NCBI RefSeq assembly: GCF_900167395.1
Contig: NZ_FUWK01000038.1
Span: 1 to 25,668 of the forward strand
Length of the DNA stretch: 25,668 nt
Source: Nitrosomonas europaea
GTDB lineage: Bacteria > Pseudomonadota > Gammaproteobacteria > Burkholderiales > Nitrosomonadaceae
Direction: 5' to 3'
Part shown: positions 11,467-21,225 of the stretch, in pieces
Layout: every line of letters starts with the position of its first letter
Position numbering within the stretch: position 1 is the first letter of the stretch
The notes under the pieces: model-generated
Told to the model about the DNA's origin: nothing
Seen by the model: the letters and a program-made list of their open reading frames with translations, nothing else
The model's database searches: none
Translations under genes and position numbers: made by a program

Positions 11467-11688
11467 ATTTGCAACTTTCCCGGAATCGAAAAGAAACCTG
11501 CTCCGGTTTCCGGGATCAGGTGAAATACCGGGAAATGACAAAATAAAAGCATCACCTACACTGGCGCCGCTGTCGAAACATTCAGCAAATCGTTTTCACA
11601 GTGGCGTGATTCTTTTTTCCGCGCGTAAAATGAAAAATATGGCGACATTCTATGCACCAGCCATTATTTTGAAGCTGAAGATGTACAC

Positions 11689-13992
11689 ATGAGTTTTGCC
11701 GATAAACCCATGGCGAAAAAAGTCGCCAGTAATCCCCTTCCTCCCAGAACCAGCCGATTATTGCGTGAAGCGGTTTCCCTGGTTCTGAGCGGAATAGCGC
11801 TGTATCTTGCACTGATTCTGATCAGCTTCGATCGTACCGATCCAGGCTGGTCGCATAGTGGAACGTTACGGCAGGTCAGCAATGCGGGAGGTAGTGCAGG
11901 AGCGTGGCTGGCAGATCTGATGCTGTATTTTTTCGGCATCTCAGCATGGTGGTGGGTCGTATTTTTCTTTGCAACCGTTTGGTGGGGCTATCGCCGCATC
12001 GATATTGCCAGCGTATTCGACCCGCGTGTACTCATGCTGTCTTTTACCGGGTTTATCACTTTGCTGGTGGCCAGCAGCGGAATCGAAGCACTGCGTTTTC
12101 ATACACTGCGCATCTCACTTCCGCTTGCACCCGGTGGCCTGCTGGGTGAGATACTCAGCAAACAACTCTCCTCTCTGCTCGGTTTTACCGGCGCAACCTT
12201 GGCCATGGTCATTATTTTCGCCATCGGATTCAGCTTGTTCTCCGGATTATCCTGGGTACGTCTGTCTGAAAAAATCGGGGGGGGCATCGAGGAAATCTGT
12301 TTCGCTGTCAGGGATATATGCATGGGGTGGCTGAATCGTCGTAATAGCACATTACCATCCTCTGAACGGGAAGTTCGTATTGAAGAAATCGGAAAGCAAC
12401 CTTTTCCACTGGTTCCGCTGCATATCGAAATGCCCGAAACCACCCCTCCCAGATCCACGCGCAGCAACAGAGAAAAACAGACACCACAGTTTTCCAATTC
12501 GCCTGACGGGATTATTCCCCCTCTTCATTTGCTGGATGAACCGCAGAATAATGTCGAAATGTTGTCCAGCGATACACTGGAATTTACTTCCCGGCTGATC
12601 GAACGCAAACTGCAGGAATTTGGAGTGGAAGTGAAGGTCGTGGCAGCCTATCCCGGACCCGTCATCACCCGTTATGAAATCGAGCCCGCGGTTGGCGTCA
12701 AAGGTAATCAGATCGTCAACCTGGTCAGGGATCTGGCCCGTGCTTTGACAGTCGCCAGTATCCGTGTAGTAGAAACGATACCGGGTAAAACGGTAATGGG
12801 GCTGGAAATTCCCAATCCGAATCGCCAGACTGTTCGCCTGCATGAAATTCTTGCATCCGGAGTGTATGCGAATCATCCCTCTCCCCTGACAATCGCGCTC
12901 GGCAAGGATATCAGCGGCCGCCCCGTAGTATCCGATCTTGCCAAAATGCCGCATGCCCTGGTTGCTGGCACGACCGGTTCCGGTAAGTCCGTGGCAATCA
13001 ACGCCATCATCCTGAGCCTGGTCTATAAAGCATCTCCAGATAATGTTCGTCTGATTCTGATCGATCCGAAAATGCTGGAATTATCGGTCTATGATGGCAT
13101 TCCCCATTTACTGACCCCCGTCGTCACCGACATGCGCGATGCCGCCAGTGCCCTCAACTGGTGCGTAGCGGAAATGGAGCGACGCTACAAGCTGATGTCG
13201 GCACTGGGTGTACGCAATCTGGCTGGCTATAATCAGAAAGTACGCGAAGCGGTAAAAAATGAAGAGCCCTTGACCAACCCGCTCAATCCAGTACCCGGCT
13301 CTCCCGAATTACTGGAGGAAATGCCGCTGATCGTAGTGGTGATCGATGAACTGGCCGATCTGATGATGATCGTGGGCAAGAAAGTCGAGAAACTGATTGC
13401 ACGGCTTGCCCAGAAAGCGCGAGCTGCCGGTATTCATCTGCTGCTTGCCACACAACGTCCGTCGGTGGACGTGATTACCGGACTGATCAAAGCCAATATT
13501 CCGACACGGATCGCCTTCCAGGTTTCCAGCAAGATCGATTCACGTACAATTCTCGATCAGATGGGTGCGGAAGCCCTGCTTGGTCAGGGTGACATGCTGT
13601 ATCTCCCGCCTGGCAGCGGCTATCCCCAGCGTGTACATGGTGCATTCGTGGCGGATCACGAAGTTCATAAAGTGGTGGAATATCTCAAACAGCATGGTGA
13701 AGCACATTACATCGAGGAAATACTTCAGGCGGGTGAAGAAGGCGCCCTGTCTGATGAAAATGGTGGCGAATCCGGCAAACCTGCTGGCGGAGAATCAGAT
13801 CCACTCTATGACGAAGCAGTCAGCATTGTGATCAAATCCCGCCGTGCTTCGATTTCGCTGGTACAGCGCCAGTTGCGCATCGGCTATAACCGTGCTGCCC
13901 GGCTGATCGAAGAAATGGAACGCGCCGGCCTCGTTTCCAGCATGCAAAGCAATGGCAACCGGGAAGTATTGACTCCCGACCGGAACGAATGA
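11689..13992 (+). CDS. ftsK: DNA translocase FtsK
   Basis: The 767-aa ORF has N-terminal TM helices, a linker, the motor domain with [14 protein letters not shown] (Walker A) and [13 protein letters not shown] (Walker B), and a gamma domain ([24 protein letters not shown]). Confidence 0.96.
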   Translation: MSFADKPMAKKVASNPLPPRTSRLLREAVSLVLSGIALYLALILISFDRTDPGWSHSGTLRQVSNAGGSAGAWLADLMLYFFGISAWWWVVFFFATVWWGYRRIDIASVFDPRVLMLSFTGFITLLVASSGIEALRFHTLRISLPLAPGGLLGEILSKQLSSLLGFTGATLAMVIIFAIGFSLFSGLSWVRLSEKIGGGIEEICFAVRDICMGWLNRRNSTLPSSEREVRIEEIGKQPFPLVPLHIEMPETTPPRSTRSNREKQTPQFSNSPDGIIPPLHLLDEPQNNVEMLSSDTLEFTSRLIERKLQEFGVEVKVVAAYPGPVITRYEIEPAVGVKGNQIVNLVRDLARALTVASIRVVETIPGKTVMGLEIPNPNRQTVRLHEILASGVYANHPSPLTIALGKDISGRPVVSDLAKMPHALVAGTTGSGKSVAINAIILSLVYKASPDNVRLILIDPKMLELSVYDGIPHLLTPVVTDMRDAASALNWCVAEMERRYKLMSALGVRNLAGYNQKVREAVKNEEPLTNPLNPVPGSPELLEEMPLIVVVIDELADLMMIVGKKVEKLIARLAQKARAAGIHLLLATQRPSVDVITGLIKANIPTRIAFQVSSKIDSRTILDQMGAEALLGQGDMLYLPPGSGYPQRVHGAFVADHEVHKVVEYLKQHGEAHYIEEILQAGEEGALSDENGGESGKPAGGESDPLYDEAVSIVIKSRRASISLVQRQLRIGYNRAARLIEEMERAGLVSSMQSNGNREVLTPDRNE

Positions 13993-14051
13993 ACCGTATC
14001 CGGCTTTATGCCGCTCGTACCCGATCAATCAACTCAATCAGATAATTCATC

Positions 14052-14672
14052 ATGACCCGTTTACTGTTCGTTCTCGTGTTGTCAGTCTGCCTGTTACCTG
14101 TACCGGTCAAGGCAAGTGCCGTTAAAAGTCTTAAAACCTTTGTCAATAAGGCACTGACTTTCCAGGCCAATTTTTCCCAAACGTTGCTGGATAAGAACTT
14201 CCAGGTTATCAGAAAAGCCAGTGGCAGCATGATGTTCGAACGCCCTGGCAAATTCCGCTGGACATACGATCAGCCTTATCAACAGCTGATCGTCGGCGAT
14301 GGTAAACAGGTATGGTTTTATGATCAGGATCTTGCTCAGGTCACGGTACATCGGCTCGATCAGGCTTTGGGCAGCACTCCGGCAGCGCTGCTCGCAGGGG
14401 GCAATACCATTGAACGCGACTTTAACCTGCAGGAAATCGACGTACAGGGAGAAACAGAATGGCTGGAAGCGATTCCCAAGAATCAGGAAAACTCGTTTGA
14501 GCTGATCCGGCTGGGATTTTCAAAAACAGGCATTTTACGTGAGATGGTTTTGCGCGACAGCTTCGATCAGGTAACGTGGCTGATTTTTTCCGAAATCGAA
14601 CAAAACCCGACACTCACACCCGATCTGTTCCAGTTTACGCCACCGGAAGGAGTGGATGTGATTCGTGACTGA
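14052..14672 (+). CDS. lolA: Outer-membrane lipoprotein carrier protein LolA
   Basis: The 206-aa ORF has a signal peptide, then F.Q...D......SG.m.f.RPGKFRW.Y..P..Q.iv.DG...W.YD.DL.QVT. The ftsK-lolA-rarA synteny is conserved. Confidence 0.9.
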   Translation: MTRLLFVLVLSVCLLPVPVKASAVKSLKTFVNKALTFQANFSQTLLDKNFQVIRKASGSMMFERPGKFRWTYDQPYQQLIVGDGKQVWFYDQDLAQVTVHRLDQALGSTPAALLAGGNTIERDFNLQEIDVQGETEWLEAIPKNQENSFELIRLGFSKTGILREMVLRDSFDQVTWLIFSEIEQNPTLTPDLFQFTPPEGVDVIRD

Positions 14673-15984
14673 TTCTCCTCATACGATCCGGAATCCGGCT
14701 GCTCCGCTGGCAGAACGTTTACGCCCGCGGACGCTGGATGATGTCGTCGGCCAATCTCACCTGCTGGGCCCGGGCAAACCTTTACGGCTGGCCTTCGAGT
14801 CCGGCAAACCCCATTCCATGATTCTCTGGGGGCCGCCGGGCAGTGGCAAGACCACACTGGCACGGCTCATGGCACATGCATTCGATGCCGAATTCATCGC
14901 TATTTCCGCCGTATTGTCGGGCGTGAAGGATATCCGGGAAGCAATCGAGCGTGCCCAGATTACACTGCAGCGCACGGGCAGGGCGACACTGCTGTTCGTA
15001 GATGAAGTCCACCGTTTCAACAAGGCACAACAGGATGCCTTTCTGCCTCATGTGGAACAGGGATTGATCACCTTTATTGGCGCCACTACCGAAAATCCTT
15101 CATTTGAAGTCAACGGTGCGCTGCTGTCCCGCGCTCAGGTATATGCACTGAAAGCCCTGACTGATCAGGAGCTGCATCAGTTGTTCGAGCGTGCTCGCAG
15201 CATTGCGATGCTGGATTTGGAATTTGAAAATACTGCCATTGAATTACTGATCGGATTTGCAGACGGAGATGCACGTCGCCTGCTGAATCTGCTGGAACAG
15301 GTGCAAAATGCTGCCGAAACCGAAGAAATCATAAAGATCGATGCCGATTATTTGAGCAGAGTGCTGGCACGTAACGTGCGCCGGTTTGACAAAGGTGGCG
15401 ATGCCTTTTATGACCAGATTTCAGCTCTGCACAAATCCATTCGCGGCTCTTCTCCCGATGCAGCTCTTTACTGGCTGTGCCGCATGCTCGATGGCGGCGC
15501 CGACCCACGTTACATTGGCAGAAGACTGGTTCGCACCGCTACTGAGGATATCGGGCTGGCCGATCCACGTGCACTGACACTCGCGCTGAATGCCTGTGAG
15601 GTATTTGAACGGCTGGGCAGCCCTGAAGGCGAACTGGCACTGGCCCAAGCTACGCTTTATCTGGCCTGCGCACCGAAAAGCAATGCTGCCTATGTTGCCT
15701 ACAAACAGGCACGAGCCTTCATAAAGGAAGATATCTCCCGTCCGGTCCCTATCCATCTGCGCAATGCACCCACCAGACTGATGCGCGAAATGGGGCATGG
15801 TGCCGCTTATCGTTACGCGCATGACGAATCGGAATCCTACGCTGCCGGGGAAAATTATTTTCCGGATAACATCCTTGCCGTTCAGTTCTACCGACCTACC
15901 ACCCACGGCCTGGAAGCCAAAATAGGGGAGAAACTTGCCTATTTACGCTCACTTGACGAGAAAACAGGAAAAAAACGGAACTGA
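14665..15984 (+). CDS. rarA: Replication-associated recombination protein A (AAA+ ATPase RarA/MgsA)
   Basis: The 439-aa ORF has a GTG start overlapping lolA by 8 nt. It contains [46 protein letters not shown] and [20 protein letters not shown]. Confidence 0.94.
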   Translation: MTDSPHTIRNPAAPLAERLRPRTLDDVVGQSHLLGPGKPLRLAFESGKPHSMILWGPPGSGKTTLARLMAHAFDAEFIAISAVLSGVKDIREAIERAQITLQRTGRATLLFVDEVHRFNKAQQDAFLPHVEQGLITFIGATTENPSFEVNGALLSRAQVYALKALTDQELHQLFERARSIAMLDLEFENTAIELLIGFADGDARRLLNLLEQVQNAAETEEIIKIDADYLSRVLARNVRRFDKGGDAFYDQISALHKSIRGSSPDAALYWLCRMLDGGADPRYIGRRLVRTATEDIGLADPRALTLALNACEVFERLGSPEGELALAQATLYLACAPKSNAAYVAYKQARAFIKEDISRPVPIHLRNAPTRLMREMGHGAAYRYAHDESESYAAGENYFPDNILAVQFYRPTTHGLEAKIGEKLAYLRSLDEKTGKKRN

Positions 15985-16116
15985 CACAACAGTATTTCCA
16001 GAAGATCTGTAGTAAACCTATTTGTTCAATCCCTGATGATGGTGAGAGTGAAAATATGACGTGCCTCTTTTCATAAATTATAAAATAGCTCCATTTTTTG
16101 ATCAGCTTGACCACAA

Positions 16117-17616
16117 ATGATTTTTAGCTCATGGCAATTTATTCTTGTTTTTTTGCCGTTTTCTTTTTTCGTCTATTTCTGGCTTAATTACAAGCGCTTG
16201 GTTATTGCCGGAAAAGTCTGGTTAGTTGTTGCGAGCCTGTTTTTCTATGCTTATTGGAATATTAAGTATTTACCTTTAATTCTGGTATCGATTTTTCTAA
16301 ATTTTGCGATCGGGACAGGTCTTGCTCAAGCGCATGAGCAATCTCTACATCGGGAGCAAAAAATACGCCATAGGATCAATAGGAAAGTTGTGCTTGCTAC
16401 GGGAATAACTGCCAACCTCCTATTACTTGGGTATTACAAATATACTGATTTCTTGCTTGGTAACGTTAATTTAATTTTTGGAACAGATTTAGAGCTGCCA
16501 CAAATCACTCTTCCTTTAGCGATTAGCTTCTTTACATTTACGCAAATTGTTTATTTGGTAGATAGTTATAAAGGTGAGACAGCCGAGTATGATTTGCTGA
16601 ATTACTCACTATTTGTAACCTTTTTCCCACATCTTATCGCCGGGCCAATTGTCCATCACCGGCAAATCATGCCGCAATTTTCTTCACAGTGGACTTTAAT
16701 ACGTAGATATTCGAATATTTTGAAAGGTTTATTCATTTTTTCAATTGGACTTTTCAAAAAGGTTGTTATTGCAGATAGCTTTGCTATCTGGGCGACTGCA
16801 GGGTTTGATGGTGGTCAGCCACTCGATTTTTTTACTGCATGGGCAACGAGCTTATCCTACACTTTCCAGCTTTATTTTGATTTTAGCGGGTATTGTGACA
16901 TGGCGATTGGCGCCTCGTTACTATTCAATATATGGCTGCCGATAAACTTTAATTCTCCTTATAAAGCCTTAGATATACAGGATTTCTGGCGACGTTGGCA
17001 TATTACACTCAGTAATTTTCTTCGAGATTATCTATATATTCCTTTGGGTGGAAATCGATGCGGGAAATATCGCACTTATCTTAATATTTTCATTACATTC
17101 GTTCTGGGAGGTTTATGGCACGGTGCGACCTGGATGTTTGTAATATGGGGTGCTATGCATGGTTGTGCTCTTGTTATTCATCGATTCTGGAAACTACTTA
17201 AATATCCATTACATTCCGCTCTGGCGTGGATTTTGACTTTTACATTTGTAAATGTTGCTTGGGTATTTTTTCGTGCCAAGACTTTAGATGATGCATTTCG
17301 TGTACTGCGTGGAATGGTTGATTTTTCTTCCGTGTTAGGCCATACCGCAGTTGTAATTCCAGTAGCAGACTTGGCTTGGGGAGGTTGGTTATCTGACATT
17401 TTATTGAAGTTTATGCCCGCAAGCTTTATCGGACAATTTCCCATTTATCTGGCAATCTTCGCCACATTCATGCTGATTCCTCAAAAGAATTCGGTGGAAA
17501 TGGTGAGCGAAACCATTGGAATGAGGGAGCTTGCTTTTAGTATTGTTCTTTCTGTAACAGCGATGTACTTCATGCTGGCCGCGACTAGCTCGGTATTTCT
17601 TTACTTCAATTTTTGA
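16117..17616 (+). CDS. MBOAT-family membrane O-acyltransferase (AlgI/DltB/PatA-like)
   Basis: The 499-aa polytopic protein contains LPLAISFFTFTQIVYLVDSYKG, HLIAGPIVHH, FDFSGYCDMAIG, NFNSPYKALDIQDFWRRWHITLSNFLRDYLYIPLGGNR and GLWHGATW (catalytic His block). These are the canonical AlgI/DltB motifs. Confidence 0.92.
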   Translation: MIFSSWQFILVFLPFSFFVYFWLNYKRLVIAGKVWLVVASLFFYAYWNIKYLPLILVSIFLNFAIGTGLAQAHEQSLHREQKIRHRINRKVVLATGITANLLLLGYYKYTDFLLGNVNLIFGTDLELPQITLPLAISFFTFTQIVYLVDSYKGETAEYDLLNYSLFVTFFPHLIAGPIVHHRQIMPQFSSQWTLIRRYSNILKGLFIFSIGLFKKVVIADSFAIWATAGFDGGQPLDFFTAWATSLSYTFQLYFDFSGYCDMAIGASLLFNIWLPINFNSPYKALDIQDFWRRWHITLSNFLRDYLYIPLGGNRCGKYRTYLNIFITFVLGGLWHGATWMFVIWGAMHGCALVIHRFWKLLKYPLHSALAWILTFTFVNVAWVFFRAKTLDDAFRVLRGMVDFSSVLGHTAVVIPVADLAWGGWLSDILLKFMPASFIGQFPIYLAIFATFMLIPQKNSVEMVSETIGMRELAFSIVLSVTAMYFMLAATSSVFLYFNF

Positions 17617-19151
17617 TTGTACGGATCGTGAAACGTAATACATTTATTTTTTTGTCTGTAGTTTTATTAAGTCTTCTGGCTGTTCCCGCAACCAACATTT
17701 TTACTGCCCCAAGTCGCGAAACCATCAAATGGGGAGAGAAATCCTTCCTGTATAACATGGATTTCATATCAAGATGGGCAGCACTACTTCTTTATCCGGT
17801 TGGTATAAGTACAGATTCAAATCAAGTAATAATTGGTCGCGATGATTGGCTTTTCTTGGGAGATCTATATGAAGAAACTCGAACAATAGATCGCCGTCCT
17901 CCATCTGCAGCAGACTATGTTTCCGGTCAGGAAATCGGAAGCGCTATAGAATCTTGGAACAGATATCTTTCGAGTAAAGGGGTAAAACTTTTTAGAATTA
18001 TGATCGGCCCCAATAAAGGGACTATTTATCCTGAGAATTTGCCAATTTGGGCCAAGCCATCCATACCTAATGCTACTGATGCCTTACTTGTCGGAGCAAA
18101 TACAATTCATTATGTTGACTTTAGAAGTATTTTATTGAAGAGCAAAGCAAGCCACTCCGTGGCTTTATATTATAAGACGGATACACACTGGAATGCTTTG
18201 GGGGCAGGAATTGCTTTTCAGGCCTTTGCGCAGCAGGTGGGTAAGGTTGTTCCAGAGATTCAATGGCCGCCACAAAAAATCTATAAACTCAATCGAGTTG
18301 ATTCTCGTGTTGGAGGCGATTTGGCAAATTTTCTCAGGCTTACAACTTATCTTCCTGATTTAGAGCCTGTAACTTACATATCAAGTTTAGCAGTGGAAAC
18401 TACGCAATTGGACTATGACACTGGGTTTATACTTCGACAAGGAGGAAACCCCCAAGTTAATGCCCCAAATAAGCCGCTTCTGGTTCAATCTTGTGGTGCT
18501 CTTAATCAGAAAAAGGTACTTTGGCTAAGAGATTCTTTTGGTACTGTAATGTCGCCTTTTATGGCTGCAACATTTAGTGAAGTACTTCAATTGCATTGGG
18601 CTGAAGCGATGAAGCCGGGTGGAAAGTTTGTCCAGTTAGTCGAGGAATGGGAGCCAGACTATGTTTTTTTTACAGTGGTTGAACGTGCCTCAAGAAGTCC
18701 GTGGTTTGCCTCGTACCCTCCTCCAGTTCTTGTTCCGTTAGGAAGTAAATTTAAACCAATTCAGACTACGACAGCTGTTGGATTAAATCATTTATTACAG
18801 GGTACAACGACTAATGAGTTCCAGATTATTGGAAATGACCCTTTCTTTGATTTTACGGTATCAGAAATAATTAAGCCTAAAGAGGTAGATTATCTCAGTA
18901 TTAGTTTGAGCTGTGCTGATGGGTCACAATCAGTGCCCTTACAGCTTTTCTGGCTGGTTGATAAGCAACCTTATTTTGATGAGGAACATAGTGCAAGGTT
19001 TTTATTTCGGACTGGAGAAAATTTAATTGATCTTCACACACTGCCAAAATGGGATTCTGCCAAGTCCATCACCAGAGTTCGAGTTGATATTGATACTCAG
19101 GACTCTTGTGTTCATTTTAAACTGGGCAACCCGATTTTTGGGGTGGAATGA
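17613..19151 (+). CDS. Membrane-anchored AlgJ/AlgX-like (SGNH-like) O-acetyltransferase partner with an extra ~148-aa C-terminal beta-rich (CBM-like) domain
   Basis: The maximal ORF is listed. The likelier start is GTG 17628, giving MKRNTFIFLSVVLLSLLAV (N-terminal anchor). Motifs are GRDDWLFLGD, YYKTDTHWNALGAG (D-x-H-W catalytic block of the AlgJ/AlgX family) and LWLRDSFGT (Ser block). It is tightly coupled to the MBOAT gene, whose stop is at 17614-17616. Confidence 0.8.
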   Translation: MIVRIVKRNTFIFLSVVLLSLLAVPATNIFTAPSRETIKWGEKSFLYNMDFISRWAALLLYPVGISTDSNQVIIGRDDWLFLGDLYEETRTIDRRPPSAADYVSGQEIGSAIESWNRYLSSKGVKLFRIMIGPNKGTIYPENLPIWAKPSIPNATDALLVGANTIHYVDFRSILLKSKASHSVALYYKTDTHWNALGAGIAFQAFAQQVGKVVPEIQWPPQKIYKLNRVDSRVGGDLANFLRLTTYLPDLEPVTYISSLAVETTQLDYDTGFILRQGGNPQVNAPNKPLLVQSCGALNQKKVLWLRDSFGTVMSPFMAATFSEVLQLHWAEAMKPGGKFVQLVEEWEPDYVFFTVVERASRSPWFASYPPPVLVPLGSKFKPIQTTTAVGLNHLLQGTTTNEFQIIGNDPFFDFTVSEIIKPKEVDYLSISLSCADGSQSVPLQLFWLVDKQPYFDEEHSARFLFRTGENLIDLHTLPKWDSAKSITRVRVDIDTQDSCVHFKLGNPIFGVE

Positions 19152-19177
19152 GTTAATGATCAAAGGGGATGTGACAC

Positions 19178-19852
19178 CTACTGAAGCATACCATCCACCA
19201 AATGTAATACCCGATCTGCACGGCTGGCCAGTTGAGTATCGTGGGTAACGATTACCAGCCCCGCATTGGCCTCGTGATTGAGTTCCAGCATGAGATCGAA
19301 TACCGCTTCGGCAGTATGCCGGTCGAGATTACCGGTCGGCTCGTCGGCTAGTACACAGGCTGGCCGGGTCACCAGTGCGCGCGCAACCGCAGCCCGCTGA
19401 CGTTCACCTCCGGATAATTCACCGGGAGTATGCGTAAGCCGGTGCCCCAGGCCCACCCGTTGCAGCATGGCAGCTGCCTGTTCCATTGCGGCTTTTTTAT
19501 TCATACGGCGAATGAACAGCGGCATAGCAACATTTTCCTGGGCACTGAATTCAGGCAACAAATGATGAAACTGGTAGACGAAACCCAATGCATGATTGCG
19601 CAATGAGCCACGCTCCGCTTCACTAATGGTGGACAACTCCCTGTCCAGCAGCGTAACTTCCCCGCGCGTCGGCTTATCCAGTCCCCCCAGCACATGCAGC
19701 AATGTACTCTTGCCCGAACCGGAAGCACCGACAATCGCGACCATTTCACCTTCATTCACTTGCAGATCGATACCGTGCAGCACCGGAACTTCGAGATTAC
19801 CCTGGAAATAACTCTTATACAGATCCCGACAGGCAATGATGATTTTACTCAT
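19178..19852 (-). CDS. lolD: Lipoprotein-releasing system ATP-binding protein LolD
   Basis: From ATG 19852 the product starts [15 protein letters not shown] and contains [18 protein letters not shown] (Walker A), [15 protein letters not shown] and [10 protein letters not shown]. It overlaps the upstream permease stop by 8 nt. The track start at 19888 is an extension. Confidence 0.93.
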   Translation of the reverse strand: MSKIIIACRDLYKSYFQGNLEVPVLHGIDLQVNEGEMVAIVGASGSGKSTLLHVLGGLDKPTRGEVTLLDRELSTISEAERGSLRNHALGFVYQFHHLLPEFSAQENVAMPLFIRRMNKKAAMEQAAAMLQRVGLGHRLTHTPGELSGGERQRAAVARALVTRPACVLADEPTGNLDRHTAEAVFDLMLELNHEANAGLVIVTHDTQLASRADRVLHLVDGMLQ

Positions 19853-21092
19853 AGCGTAATGCCTCGGCCGGATTGACTTTCGACGCACGGTAGCTGGGAT
19901 AGAGTGTGGCCAGCAATGTCAGAATCAGAGACACGACCGCAACCGTCACAATATCGGCCAATTGCGGATCGGAAGGAATCTTGCTGATGTAGTAAACCTC
20001 CTGCGACAAAAACTGGGTACTGAGCAGATGCTCGATGAATGCAATGACATCACCGACGTTATAGGCCAGCAGCACACCGCCCAGCAACCCCAGCAGCGTC
20101 CCCAGTATGCCGATCAATGCCCCCTGTATGATAAAAATTTTCATGATGCTGCCGGAACTTGCCCCCAGCGTGCGCAAAATCGCGATATCCGACTGTTTAT
20201 CGGTCACTGCCATCACCAGTGTGGAAACGATGTTGAATGCTGCAACCGCGATGATCAATGCAAGAATCAGCGAAAGCATGCGTTTCTCGATCTGGATAGC
20301 CCGAAAATAGTTAGCGTGCTGCTGTGTCCAGTCGGTGAAATACAGGTCAGCAGGCAATACCCTGGCCAGATCCTGGATCACCTGCGGTGCTTTGAACATA
20401 TCGTGCAATTTGAGCCGGATGCCGGAAACCTGATTGGGCGCCATGCGGTAAAGTTTTTGTGCATCTGCCAGATGGATCAACGCCAGCCCGGAGTCGTATT
20501 CAAAGTGCCCGACATCGAAAATACCCGTGACCGTAAATTGCTTCAGACGAGGCAGTATTCCGGCCGGTGTAATCTGTCCCTGCGGGGAAATCAGCACGAT
20601 TTTGTTACCTGGAAATGCATTCAGATTGCGTGCCAGTTCCTGGCCGATGATGATGCCGAATTCTCCCGGTGCGAGTCGATCCAGACTGCCTTCCACCATT
20701 TTTCCGGCAAAATCAGCTACTCTGTTTTCATCTGCCGGCAAAATACCCCGCACCATTACCCCGCGCACCATATTGTCGTGTGAAAGCATCCCCTGGGCAT
20801 CGATGTAAGGAGCAGCTGCCGCAATCTGCGGATTCTGGATGGCCGCTTCCCTGATCTGCTCCCAATCGTACAGACTCCCCTGATAACTGCTGATCTGTGC
20901 ATGTGAAGCCACGCCGAGAATGCGTGCACGCACTTCCTTGTGGAAACCATTCATGACCGACATGACCGTAATCAGCGCCGTCATGCCCAACGTCATCCCC
21001 AGCAGCGAAATCAGCGAAATAAAGGAAATAAAATGATTGCGACGCTTGGCGCGCGTGTAACGCAACCCGATCAGGAACTCATAACTGGCCAC
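19845..21092 (-). CDS. Lipoprotein-releasing ABC transporter permease, LolC/LolE family (the only permease at this locus)
   Basis: The probable GTG start at 21092 lies 9 nt after GGGAGA and gives (M)[35 protein letters not shown], the typical LolC/E N-terminus. The C-terminus is [18 protein letters not shown]. The product is 415 aa. The track start at 21137 adds 15 unlikely residues. Confidence 0.9.
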   Translation of the reverse strand: MASYEFLIGLRYTRAKRRNHFISFISLISLLGMTLGMTALITVMSVMNGFHKEVRARILGVASHAQISSYQGSLYDWEQIREAAIQNPQIAAAAPYIDAQGMLSHDNMVRGVMVRGILPADENRVADFAGKMVEGSLDRLAPGEFGIIIGQELARNLNAFPGNKIVLISPQGQITPAGILPRLKQFTVTGIFDVGHFEYDSGLALIHLADAQKLYRMAPNQVSGIRLKLHDMFKAPQVIQDLARVLPADLYFTDWTQQHANYFRAIQIEKRMLSLILALIIAVAAFNIVSTLVMAVTDKQSDIAILRTLGASSGSIMKIFIIQGALIGILGTLLGLLGGVLLAYNVGDVIAFIEHLLSTQFLSQEVYYISKIPSDPQLADIVTVAVVSLILTLLATLYPSYRASKVNPAEALRYE

Positions 21093-21225
21093 GAAAAAAC
21101 ATCTCCCCGGAATAGAGCAAAGGATGGAGTATGCCACATCTTCCGGACTGGTTTATGCCATTGACCGGAGCAGATATGCCTGATACATATCTGCCGTTAT
21201 CTGGGTTCTGGTACGTTGCTGATAA

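Noticed and set aside
11478-11521. Overlapping inverted repeats after the ankyrin gene (TCCCGGAA/TTCCGGGA; ACCTG...CAGGT with inner CCGG-TTT-CCGG)
   Set aside because: These are competing imperfect stems with no following T-tract. They cannot be called a rho-independent terminator with any confidence.
19962-20783. 273-aa ORF antisense to the Lol permease; similar antisense ORFs at 12352-12954 in ftsK, 9241-9828 in sdhA and 15421-15906 in rarA
   Set aside because: All are embedded opposite strongly supported genes. Their translated sequences are low-information (His/Gln/Cys/Arg-rich) and lack start context.
21171-21193. CAGATATG-N7-CATATCTG hairpin between the PEP-CTERM gene and the Lol permease start
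   Set aside because: The short AT-rich stem is not followed by a T-run on the relevant strand. Evidence for a terminator or operator is insufficient.
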